Origin: the human T2T-CHM13v2.0 reference genome, Homo sapiens
Length of the DNA: 64,000 nt
Assembly: GCF_009914755.1 (NCBI RefSeq)
Contig: NC_060934.1
Reading direction: 5' to 3' (one strand)
The notes under the pieces are model-generated. The model saw nothing but the letters and a program-made list of their open reading frames with translations. It was not told the DNA's origin and did no database searches. Of this stretch, positions 33,140 to 47,836 are shown one piece after another. The position numbers and the translations under genes are program-made. Numbering within the stretch: the first letter of the stretch is position 1; every line of letters starts with the position of its first letter.

Positions 33140-34200
33140 GTAAATTTTAATAGAGGTTTAACATACATAGAGAAAATTATGCCTTGATGAATTTTCATAA
33201 AGTGAACACATCTGTAAAACTGGCAGTCAGATCAAGAAACAGAGCATTACCAGAACCCCAGAAGCTACCTTCTGCTCCTTTTCCAGGCACTCTCTTCCTG
33301 CTGCAGGTAATCAGTAATCAATTCCAACATCATAGATTACTTTAGCTGTTTTTGAACTTTACATAAACAGAATGATATGGTATATATTTTTTGTGTCTGG
33401 CTTCTTTCACTCAATATTATGTTTGTTATATAAATGTTGTTAGATGTAGTTGTAGTTAATTAATTCTCATTGTGGGACAGTATTGCTTATACGTATACAC
33501 TACAAGTTACTTATCCATTCCACTGTTGATGAACATAGGGATTGTTTGTAGATTTTGGTTATTACATATTTAATGTGAAGAACATATGTATGTGATTCTC
33601 TAGTACTGGAATTCCGGAATCATGGAGCGCACTTAATTCAGCTTTAGTAAATACTGCCAAATGGTTTTCTAAAGTGATTGTACCAGTTTGTACTTCCACC
33701 AGGTGTGTATGAAAGCTGAGTTGCTCCACATTGTTGCCAGAATTGGCTACTATCTGTCTTTTTAATCTGGGATGTAGAGATACTATTACATTGTCGTTTT
33801 AATTTGTATTCCATGGTGACTAATATTTGAAAATCCTTGCATGTTTGTCATTCATATATGCTTTTGTCACTGCCTGTTCAAATCTTTGCCCATTTTTCTT
33901 TTGGGCTGTCTTTTTCTTATTGTGATATAGGAGTTCTTTATATATTGTGGATATGAATCTTAAATATGAATTTACTTAAAACTTCCTTCCTAAGTGGCCT
34001 GCCTTTTAACCCTCTTAATAGTATGATTTGATGAATAGAGTTTTAATTTTAATATAGCCTAACTTATTTTTTTCATTTATAGTTAACACTTCTGTGTCCT
34101 GCTTAAGATGTTTTTGCCAATAGCCTACTTCAAGATCATAAAGATATTTTCTTATGGTTTTTTTTTTCCTGAAAACTTTATTAGTTTACATTTCATGAGA
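33140..34200 (-). mobile_element. L1ME-like 3' region
   Basis: tgatgaattttcataaagtgaacac...cagatcaagaaacagagcattaccag...ttatccattccactgttgatg. Confidence 0.8.
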
Positions 34201-34519
34201 TTTTGGATATATTTTAAAGTAATAGGCAGCCAGGATTCCTATTGGCTTTGAAAGGTGGTGTGAGGGAAAGAGACCAAATATATCGAATACTACTTCCCCT
34301 CATCCACCCTAATTTAATAAATGATAGCTTTATTATCCTATTATTTTGGAAATTACAATATAAAAATAAGACACTAGATTGTAAGCAACTTGAGGCAAAG
34401 ACTGTGCTTCATGAGCTTTGTATGTCCAGGTCCCAGGACAGTGACTAGTGCAACAATGGCATTCAATAAATATTAATGAATATATCCTCATTTCAGAAAA
34501 TTTGGCAAGTAGGCAAGGA

Positions 34520-35250
34520 TATAAAGAGGGAAAATGTAAAAATATCACCATATTTTCATTATTCTGATAAGTAACATTTTGATATTTTTCCTTTAGTGTT
34601 ATGTTTTTTCTCTAAACATGGTTGTGATCACATCGTACATATAATTTTGCGTACCGAATTTCTGCTTACCATAAGACCAAAAGCCCTCATTGTAAATATT
34701 TTAATGCCTCTATAATATTTGATGAAATGTATGTTGCATAATTTGGTTAATCGTTTCATTAATGTTGAACATTCGTTTCCTTTTTTCCTTTATAATTAAC
34801 ACTATTATGCACATCTTTGTGCAGATTTTTATCTATGTTTCTAATTATTTCCTTAAGATAGATATTGAAAGTGGAATTACTGTTAAATAGATTTTCAGAA
34901 ACACTATACCAATTTATAGTTTCTATTAGTGGTATACAAAAGACCCATTTCACTGTATCCTTGCTTATATTAAGTAATTTTTGTTACTTGCTAGGAAGAA
35001 TAGATCTCGCTTTGGTTCTAATATAGTAAGACTAAACATTCTTCATATGACTAAAAGCCCATATATATTTTCTCTTTTGCAAACAGTCTGTTCATGTCAT
35101 TTTGCTAACTGGTCTATTAGATTCTTCATGTTATTAAATTGATTTCTATTAATGGGTGATATAGGCATTCTAAATTTATTGTATATTATAAAATTTTTCC
35201 TGTTTACTTTTTAGTATTGCATATATTATAATATTTACATGGATAATCAG
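34520..35250 (-). mobile_element. Old L1M fragment
   Basis: attatttccttaagatagat...agtggaattactg...gtctgttcatgtc. Confidence 0.55.
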
Positions 35251-35299
35251 TTTCTTTCCTCCCTCCCCATGACTCTTCTTTCTTTGAATAGACAAGAAG

Positions 35300-36107
<808 letters not shown>

Positions 36108-37094
36108 ATATTTAACTATATTTTCATCTAGCTTCTTCTAGGAAAGCACTCTGAAGCCAAGTTGAAACATTATACTCTCAGGCAGTAGTAGAGATCAACC
36201 TCTTAAAACCAAATCCATGGGCCCAGGAGTATGGTAAGAATATTTTGCAATTTATAAAGGTCTATTTTTTCATAAGTAAATAAGGTACTGCTTTCAGATG
36301 CATTTCTCTTCACATTATACTGACTTTGAGGGCATGATTATGAAGATTTTAATGTTAATAGTAAAATAAACACTTTTTAAAAGTGTATCAAGGTATTTAT
36401 TACCAATATTATAGTTATTGTTAAATGCTGCTCACATTGATACTTGGTGCTCAAAGCCTTTAAGCTCCCACCAGAAGTTTTGTTGTTTACAGCTAATTAG
36501 AGAAGATCGCTAATTTCCTGATTTACCACCATATATAAAGCATTTTAGCTCAGGGACAGCTGAAGTTAGGAAGCCAATTTGTATTATAACTAAGTTCTGA
36601 TCAAGGAAACAGCTCTTGATTTAGTTATTACCTTTATTTTTTATGGTGAATTCCAAGAACGTCAAGAAATGTTGTGCACGAATTCAACTCCTTAGATTAG
36701 ATCATCTAGCTTTGTGCACTTTGTGGGTACACAAGGACAATAGTATCTTAGCCAGAATAGCTGGTTCCTCTTGACTCAAAGTGGCTGTAGAAATAGTGCT
36801 GAAAGTCCCATTTTCCATAAACAGTTCTCCTAGCAGACCAGGAGAGTTTGAAATTTTACCACTCATGAGTCACTCCTTTCCTATAAAAGCACGGAATCAG
36901 TCTTGTTTCACTTCACCTGGAATAAATTGAATGTTAACTTGGACTCTATAGGTATAGAAGTCATTAGGGCTAGAAGCACAGTTTTAGAAATAGTCTTGGC
37001 AAGCAATAAATCTAGAGTTTATTGGTGACAGACTTCAGCAGTTATATCTATGTGGGATTTCCCTGAGGAAATATTTCTTTCATCCTGAGAAGCA

Positions 37095-37300
37095 TCTCTG
37101 GAGTCAGAAAAATTTGGGTTTGAATTCTGTTTCTGACATTTATCTGTGTGACATTGGACGAGCTACTTAATCCCTCTAAGCATCTGTTTTCCTGTAAAAT
37201 AAGAGTAATAATACTGCCTGCCTTAAAGATTGTTAAAAAAAATTAAACAAGATAATAGTAAGTGTTTAACACAATACCTAGCACATAACAAGTGTATTGC
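37095..37300 (+). mobile_element. MIR
   Basis: ctctggagtcaga...tgggtttgaattctg...tgtgtgacattggac...ctgtaaaataagagtaata. Confidence 0.8.
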
Positions 37301-39616
37301 AAAAATCCAACATGACCGTACTTGATTTTAAAAGCCTTCACGGGTGTCTATGTGTATATCACACTTTAGAAACGTTTTAAAAAAGCCTTTAGAGGTGGCA
37401 TCCTAATAGTCAAGCATATCAGGACGATACTAAATCAAAGACACGTCTTTGTCTAGTAAACTGCACGGCTACACTTCACTTTTCAGAGTAGAGAATAAAA
37501 ACAAAACAAAACAAAACTTTACGGAGTATTAAGAATGTCAAAAGTATTTCGGGCAATAATTTTTGAAAAATTAACATACATTGTGGAATTCTTTGGTTAT
37601 CTTTCTACTTTAGAAGGCTGAATGTTCAAAGATTTGTCTTTGGAAATTAATGAAAACCAAATTTTGGATCATTACTCTAGCATTATATTTCTTAATCCTA
37701 TCTCACAATCGTATAAAAATAAAGGGCACCAAAGAAGTGGCTTTCTCTGTATTGCCTTCTGCTCACTAGAGATTATTTTCTGGTAAACATTTAGGATTAA
37801 GCTGTTTTTACACTCGTGTTTATGGAGAATGCTAATCATTACCTGAATACAAATCATGACTTGAATACACCGTCTAACAGGTAAATTCCGCCTAGTTATG
37901 CATAGCTGGCTTTTTTTGGAAGTTGTCAGAAGGAAAGCATTGGTGTTATAGGACAATAAAGTTCATATCTAGCAAGATAAAGTTATCTTAATGCTTCCCA
38001 AATTGTGTGGGACCCTAACAATCAATGCATTAAGTGGCATTTAAAAGGAAAGAAAAGAACATAAAGACACTTGAAGTTTCTAAAATACAATAATACTTAA
38101 TAGATCATGACTTTTGTTCCCATAGGATAAAAATAAACAAGGCATTTTTTTAGAAGCAAGTTCTTCAGCTTCCGTGATTAAACAGGTGATCCTGCCATAC
38201 TGGGGGCAGATGTCATGCCAAAAGGCCTTTGCAGCATTGTAAAGGCTCAAACTGTTAGTGTGTTACCAGTATTTGTGATTAATCAGGTCCCCTCCCCTCT
38301 CCCCCTGGCAATCAGGGAGCGTTTTCTAATCCCTGCTGATTCCCTATCTTTTTAATCATAAAGAACAATCTGTCAAGGAAAAAAGGGTTTTCTCTCTAGT
38401 CCCTGCTTTACTGCCTTTTGCCACTCTGTCCCAGCAGCCATTGTAAAAGACTATCTAGCTATGTAGATGTGACGGTAGCTGGTTTTTCATAAAATCTTAT
38501 GACTTTCTCCCAATCATATGAAGTCTGCTGCTTTACAAACTACCCACTCTTCTCTTTATCCGGAGGTCCTGTGAAACCGAAATGACATTCAGTCGTTTCT
38601 ATAGCAACACGTTCTAAGCATGGGATTAGAAAAAAATGAACATTTTTAAACGCAGGAACTGTTTTCTGAAACCAAGAAAGATTAGTTAACTCAAGCAACA
38701 TTATTGTAGGCCTACTATGCATCCAGCACTATGCTAATCACTATAAAAAATCTCTCAACCACTTAGCAGAGTCTAGAATTAATTTTGGACTGACATGTAA
38801 AATAATTTCACTCTAGTTATTATCAGTTTTATCCTTGGGAATCTTCTCTTCACGTATTTGGCTTTCTTGTTTTCTTTACAGAACACATACACTAAGTCTG
38901 CAAACCACAATAATATGGTTGGAAAATGCTTTCCTTATTTCCATGCATTCTAAACTTTTTAGACTATTATGCCATCATTCTTTTTGTTGGGAAAAATGCT
39001 GAGTTTCAGATGGGCAAGAACATGAAAATAAAACATTGTGTGTGCTATTATACAAAATGTCACAGAATATCATACATATTTATTTTACAGCCACTCTTCC
39101 CAGCCTATCCATCTAATTACTTTATGGCCATGCCATTCATGAGCAATATAGTCATTCTAAAATCCATAACAATAAAAACTTTATTACATGTCACCTCATA
39201 TTTTTATACAGATACATATTTTTACATTTATGGCTAGAGATACTTTATACCAAGGCAATGACTTGGAGAATTAATATTCTAATTAAAAAGTTTTATAGTT
39301 TTGGAAATCAGAAAGCACTGTTTGCAAACACCTGAAATCTGTGGTATTGAAGCAAAACATCAGAATCTGGTGGTATAAGCTCTAGGACACTAAACAATAT
39401 GTTCATTTTGTACTTTGCAGATCCACTAGCTTCTTTTCTGTTTACATAATAACAACTCTTCACAAAGCTTAGCTAAAGCCAAAGCAAATAAACTAAACTT
39501 GGGAATAAAAAGTGTAAGAGGCAACAGCCTTCATCTTGTGGAAGCCTACAGCATTTTATTTATTTTAAAATTATGCTTTCATAACTAACAAAAATCTCAA
39601 TTTGATGAAAAGCACA

Positions 39617-39698
39617 ATTATTTTTGATCTTCATATCAGCCTACCATTTCTTTGCAAATTAGCTTTTATCTTCATATCAGCCTACCATTTCTTTGCAA
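39617..39698. repeat. 41-bp-period tandem duplication
   Basis: Identical 31-mer atcttcatatcagcctaccatttctttgcaa at 39627 and 39668. Confidence 0.9.
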
Positions 39699-41765
39699 TG
39701 TTTTAAAAGTTAATTTTATTAATGTACTGGTGTTCACACATTAGTAAAATATTGTTCATTTTTCTTGGTTATCTTTGTTTCCATATTATTATCTTTGTTT
39801 TGTTTCCATAATATGAAAATGGGTGATTGAAATAGGTTTCAATCATTTTCCCTTATTTCCCACCTGAGATTCACGTCACTGCAAATGCTGAACCTGAAAA
39901 ATTTGATGATGGAGGTTATTTTTAACTGAACACTTGCATTTCTGACCCTCAGCAAAAGACTGTGTGTGTCTGTATAAATAACTGTATAATAATATAATGT
40001 GATGTACAAATCTTATATCACTGAGCTTCAGTTAGCCCCATCTGTTAAGCAGAAGTATGATCTACCTTAAAGGGCTGTTATGAAGATTAGAAAATTAGAA
40101 ATTTTATATATTAATATATAGCTGACACAAAATAGGGGCAAAAAATAATAACAATTATTGTTATTGTTGCAGGAAAAGAGTTCAATAAAATGGCCTTAAC
40201 TGGTATAAGAAGTTACAATTGTTAAAAGGAGATTCAGCTGTGATAGCAAAAGAGAAAGAAAATGAAAAAGTTGTCCTGGCTCATCTCTGGAAAGACATGA
40301 TATTTCATAACCTCAAGGTGTTTGCTTCTGACCTATAACTTCAATTATAGACCAGGTTATCCAAAAGTTCTCCTTATTAACAAGGTATCTGTTTTTACCA
40401 GGTGTCTGTTATTAATTAGTTAGTATATAATTTAATGCAATTAACCAAAGCACCTCTTATGCCTAGAACATAGCAGGTGGTTTACTTCTTTCTTATGACA
40501 TATTCAAGACTCATGGTTTTCCCATTTTTAGAGTCAAAAACATAAATTCCTCCTTTTGCTTTCCTGCGCTAACATATCCACCTCACACACCTGTTTACTC
40601 TTTGTTTGCAGGGAAATGTGTACATCTGCTAGGGCGTGATCTCGATGATGAGGTGACATATGGGATGTCATTCCATTATTTAAAGAACAAATTCCAAAGA
40701 TCAAACTTTTCTCCCCACACTTGTGAGTGATACATGGGTCTTCTCAGGGACATTAAAATGGAGCTAGTCTCACTGATTTCATGGACATTTAGCATACAAT
40801 TATTGAGTTACCTGCTGAAATCTCTTCATACATATCTGGTTTCACCCTAGGTTATGAATATCCATGCAGACTATTTTTCCAAGCTTCTACGCAACTAACC
40901 TTGGCACTTACCCCCAGCTCAGGCAGCAAGCAAATTATTCTGGCTTGATGTCCATCTGATGGTTTACTCTTGCTACCTCCTACTCCCTACTATAACCACA
41001 AATGACCTCCTCCCCACTTGCTCTCATTCTTACCAGAAGTTTTCAGTTAACAGCTCACTACTAAGCCAGTTTCCTTCTTAAAGTATATATATCCTTTTAA
41101 AATTTCCAGTCTTGTTACTCTCTCTCTTCCTCTTCAATTTCTTGTCCTGTTGTCACAAGATCTCTTCTTAGCTCACCAAATTATCTTCTCTTCCCTTTCT
41201 CTTTTATTCCATTTATGAACAAGACACCAACTTCTACCACAACAACAGAACAAAACAACCCCTAGCTTCAAAGAGAACAAAAAAACCCCAAAATAAATTA
41301 AAAATGGCTTTAATGCTTAGAGTTGCAGGGACAAGAAAAACCACATTCTTTTAAAATGAAATTAGATGTCATAAAGGACTATGAACTAGTAAGAGTTCCC
41401 CGAAGTCCCCTTCCGAATCTCACAAAAGACTCCATCTCCTTCTTCATCTGGCTTTTTGTTAATAACCAATGTCCAATATAAATAGAAACATTGCTTTGTT
41501 TTGATTGTATTGCTCTTTCATTTGTGCAAATGGTAGTATTTCTATTGTATCAATGATAAACTTTTTCAGGCAAGCCTGAGATGGCAGATTACAACATTAT
41601 TTCTATGGGAACACCCATTCCTAATTGGAAACAATCAGATTACCAACAGAGAGTTCATAAACTGAGAGCTGCCTGCAATGAGAACTGATTTACACTCTGG
41701 TTTCTAATTTAGAAACAATTTCACTGTGCTAGTTTCTCCTTTTGCACAAAGATTTAGGATGGTGC

Positions 41766-42360
41766 AGTAGGGTAAGGAAAAATGGCTTCCCTTCAGTCTG
41801 CTAGGTTCTTTGGCTGGGCTACAAATTAAATTGCCATAAAACAGATTAATAGGAGAAAACCATATTTAATAACATGTATGCATGGGAGTCCCATAAAATA
41901 TGGGATTGGAAGAAGGATCAGATGATTATATAGCATCCTGAGGTACAGAAAGGAGTAGGGGCTTGGCACTTCCAGGGGATGGTGGCAACACAAGCAATGG
42001 GAGGATAAGGGGAGACAATGTATGGTGAATAAATGGTTGTCTTACGCAGACATAAGGTCTCTCACGTAATACAAGTTATCTGGGAGCAGCCCTCAGAAAA
42101 ATAGGTGTTAATCTGTGGGGTCATGGTGTCCACCTCCAATCTCCTCTCCTGTGATCGAAGTTAATCTTCCTTGGTTGATAAGATTCCCAGGGAGGGGATT
42201 CATGACAATTTAGTTCCTTTTGGGGGCTGTCTTTAGGAAGACTAAAGGGAGCTCAGAGGAAGCCTCTGCCGGCATCCACTGTTCCCCAAGTGTCCTCAGT
42301 TCAAAGCAATAAACATACCAATGTGTCATATTTTGGGGTGGCATTTCCTGAATCCCTTTA
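41766..42360 (-). mobile_element. MER34-family solo LTR
   Basis: Minus-strand start AAGGGATTCAGGAAATGCCACCCCAAAATATGACACATTGGTAT; possible TSD gtgc/gtga. Confidence 0.8.
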
Positions 42361-43238
42361 GTGAAAAAAGGAGAAAATAAGAATAGGCACCTCATAGAAA
42401 AATTTACCTCTATTTCAAATAATGCATATTGGGAAATTGAATTGAATGATGAAGCAAATAAAATATTTATTTATTGTATGTAATATAGATGAGTCAATGT
42501 CGCTTTGAGAAATTTAACTTTTTAATTTGCTAACTTGGTGTTTGTATTGCATTAGCAATTGCAAATGAATATTATTCTCTTGCAAGTGTCAAAAAGATAA
42601 TGTTGTGGGGAAAGCAGCTCCAACTGTTACTCAGGCATGGCTGGAAAAAGCTTGCACTCTTCATTGTCTTTTTCTAGTCACTGAATCGCCAGCTTTATTT
42701 CTATGGTGGCAGGTATACCAAAATCAGAATGGGATTACACTCACATATTAGTATATACAGCAACCTGCCTGTGTGAAATATATGCAAATCTTCCCCTACA
42801 TACCATGTAGTTAACTCTACAATGAACAATATATAAATATTGTGGGTAAAGTAAATCAATATAAAATCATACATTCACATTCACAATATTTTAAAAATAT
42901 CAAAATGGTTTTGGCTAAGAACATAAAACATTTTATTTTTGGAAAAGGAAGTCTGTTTCAATAGTCTTGTTAAAAATACTACCATATAAACTATGCACTT
43001 AAGATACAAAAAAAGAGTAACACTTAACTTCATAAGAAATATCAAACCATTTATTATAAATTATTCATTAAACGTAGTGAATTATTTTATATGGGAAAAT
43101 TCTCTTTGAAATAATATTTGTATGGCTTCCTAAAATCAGACAAGGTTAGCTACACTTGAGTTTCTTACTTTCTTGCATATAAGTCAGAAATATTCTTTGA
43201 AAAGCTCAAATACAAGATAAGGTGTATTCTCCACATCT

Positions 43239-43320
43239 CTGTGTGTGTGTGTCGCATGCATGCACACACATTATCTCCACATACACACACATATACACAC
43301 ACACACACACACGCACACAT
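43239..43320. repeat. Compound (TG)n/(CA)n microsatellite
   Basis: Direct inspection. Confidence 0.85.
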
Positions 43321-43431
43321 CCTTATTGTTATTTTCTTCTCATCTTCTAAATGTATTTATTTGACTCCCAGTAGAAGACAACTGTAAGCTACAGGGAAAA
43401 AATGCAATTAAATTTATGTTCAGAAGAACAT

Positions 43432-45254
43432 AAACAATGGGAATATGTTCTGAGAAATTCATCATTAGGTGATTTTGCATTATGTGAATATCATAGAGAG
43501 TACTTACACAAATGTAGCTAGTATAACCTACTACATACCTAGGCTATATGGTCTAGTGGATTGCTCCTAGGCTACAAATCTGTACAGATGTTACTGTACT
43601 GAATACTACAGGTGACTGTAACACATGTTACGTATTTGTGTATCTACACATAGAAAAGGTACAATAAAAATACAGTGTAGAAGATAAACAATGGTACATG
43701 TGTATGGACACTTACCATAGATAGAGATTGCAAGATGAAAGTTGCTGTGGGTGAGTCAGTGAGTCAATGGTGAATGAATGTGAAGGCCTAGGACATTGCT
43801 GTAATCTTCTGTAGACTTTATATACACTGTACACATAGGCTACTCTAAATTTATTTTAACAAATTTTCTTCAATAATAAATTAATCTTAGCTTCCTTAAC
43901 ATTTGTACTTTGTAAACTTTTTTTTAAACTTTCTCTTTTGTAATAACACTTAGCTTAAAACACACATTGCATAGCTGTACGAAAATATTTTCTTTATATC
44001 CTTATTTTATAAATTTGTATTTTTAATTTTTTTTTTACTTTTTAAGCTTTATCATTAAAAACTAAGACATAAACACACAGATTAGCTTAGGTATACACAG
44101 GGTCAGGGTCGTCAATATCACTGTCTTCCACCTCCCCGTACTGTCCCACTAGAAGGTCTTCAAGGAGCATTAACACACATGAAGCTGTTTATCTCCTATA
44201 ACAATGTCTTCTTTAGGAATACTTACTGAAGGAACTGCCTGAGGCCATTTTACAGCTAACTAAAAAAAAAATAAGTCTAAGAAGTACACTCTAAAATAAT
44301 GATAAAAAATATGGTATTGGAGCTCAGAAAACAGTACCTCAAAAGGAAGGCCTCAGAAGCAAAAGGTTCTCCCTGATCTTTTGCCATCCTGTTTCTGGCC
44401 ACTCATTCTCTCTTAAGGCTGGCCATTGAAACTAGAATCCCTTCTTCCCAAGGCACGTCATAGAAACCAGAACCCTTTTCCCCAAAGCCAGCTTAAAAAT
44501 ATTACTTTAACTTAAAATAAAATTTTAAAATATTACTTTAACTCCCACCTCACCCCTGCCTTTCTGTATAAAAATTGGCCATAAAAAATTATCTCACCTA
44601 CCTTGTTTGACTGTAGGTCATAAGACCCCCCATTCTAGAGAGGCTCCTGCCCCTTACCCAGAAGTAAGGAACGCTGCACAGAAAGGCCAGGAAGAATCTA
44701 AACAGACAGGCCTTACTGGGTTCTCCCACTCAGTCTATTAGCATTAGATCATACCCTTTTTGTCCAATCATATTTGCACATGCTATACATACTTTGTTGA
44801 ACCAAAGTATAAAAATGGACTGTTTCCTTCATCTTTGTGTCTTCATTCTAAAGGCTCCCAAGTCATGTAAAATTATAATAAATTTGTATTTGCCTTTTTT
44901 ATTAATCTGCTGTTTTGTCAGTTGATTTCCATCAAACCTTCAGAGGGTGAAGGAGAAGTTTTCCCTGGGTCCCTACAATAGTATAGATAAATACATAAAC
45001 CAGTAACATAGTCATTTACTACCACTATAAAGTATTATGTACTATATATATTTGTATGTGCTATACTTTTATATGACTGGCAAAGCAATAGGTTTATTTA
45101 CAGCAGCATCACCACAAACATATGAGCAATGCATTTTGCTCTGGCATTATGATGGCTACAACATCACGAGGTCATAGGAATTTTTCAGCTCCATTACAAT
45201 CTTATAGGACCACTAGTGTCATTAACTGGAATGTTGTTGTGTGGCACTTGACCA
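43432..45254 (+). mobile_element. Tigger3 (Golem) non-autonomous derivative (Tigger3b-like), interrupted by MER39
   Basis: gttctgagaaat...tacttacacaaa...cctaggctatatgg...ttgctcctaggctacaaa; right end tttttcagctccatta...gtggcacttgacca|TA. Confidence 0.88.
44315..44977 (+). mobile_element. MER39-like solo LTR
   Basis: ttggagctcagaaaac...aaggcctcagaagcaaaag ... aaccttcagagggtgaagg...ccctaca; TSD atgg/atag. Confidence 0.85.
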
Positions 45255-45619
45255 TATATGTTTTAATGTTGAAGAGTGAATTAAATTAATAACAGGGAAT
45301 TTCTTTGCTTTGGTTTACTTAAATGTGAAAATGGATTGCTATTTAAGCAGAGTGTACAAAATAAATACTTTTTTCACATTCTAGTAAAATGGCCAGTTTA
45401 ATAATATTTTGAACAAAAAAAATTCCCCCCAGACCAAGGTGTTTTTTATTTAATAGGGAAAAATAGTGCTAAAATTTCAAATGATTTTTTTTTCTTTCTT
45501 TTCTGTCACTCCTCTGGCTCTTTTTCCCAATGAATGAATGAACCTGGGAAGAATTATCAGTCTGATACGTGGTAAGTAAGTGGTTTCTAGGTATTTAATA
45601 TGCCTTTTCCTGATAACTA

Positions 45620-46168
45620 ATTTGCCAGATAGATTTTCCAAAAATGGTTGCAACAATATCTCCCATCCCTGATTCTCTTCTTAAATATGACTTTGACAAC
45701 TTTTCTATCAAGAGGTAGGGTCTATATCCCCTTCCCTTGAAACTAAGAGGGTCTGTGGTTAAGGCAGAACTGACACTCAGTGACTTTTGAGCTAAGTCAT
45801 AAAAGATGATACAACTTATGGCTGGTTCTGACTCAATCTTGGAACCCAGCCATCATGTTGTGAAGAATCTCAGGACATTTACAGAGGCTTCATAGGTTTC
45901 TGGCAGACAGCTCCAGCTTACAACAGCATCAACCAACAGACTTGTGAGTGAAGATGGCTCCTGAAGGTATCAGCCCCCCGCTGTCCAGTCACCTCCCAGC
46001 TTTTGAGTCTTTCCAGCCGAGACCCCAGACACCAAGGCACAGAGACAAATGTCTGCATTGTAACCTGTCCAAAATTCTGACCCACAGAGTTCTTGGCATA
46101 ATATAATGATTGTTTTATGTCACTAAAGTTTGGAGTGGCTTGTCACATTGCAATAAAAAATTGCAACA
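45620..46168 (+). mobile_element. MLT1G/H-like LTR
   Basis: ttttccaaaaatggttgcaacaatatctcccatccc...aattctgacccacaga...cactaaagtttggagtgg. Confidence 0.78.
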
Positions 46169-46169
46169 A

Positions 46170-47650
<1,481 letters not shown>

Positions 47651-47836
47651 TTGTAGATGACCGTCCCTTTGAATTATAGATTACACTAGGTTTCTGTGAT
47701 TAAACAAATATTAAGATGATATATCAAACAGAGACAGTTTTAAAGTACAAATTATATATCACTTAAAAGTTTCTAAATTTTAGAAAAATATTTATCAATG
47801 TTTTCTGAAATCTACTTTATACTTAGTTACCTAGAA

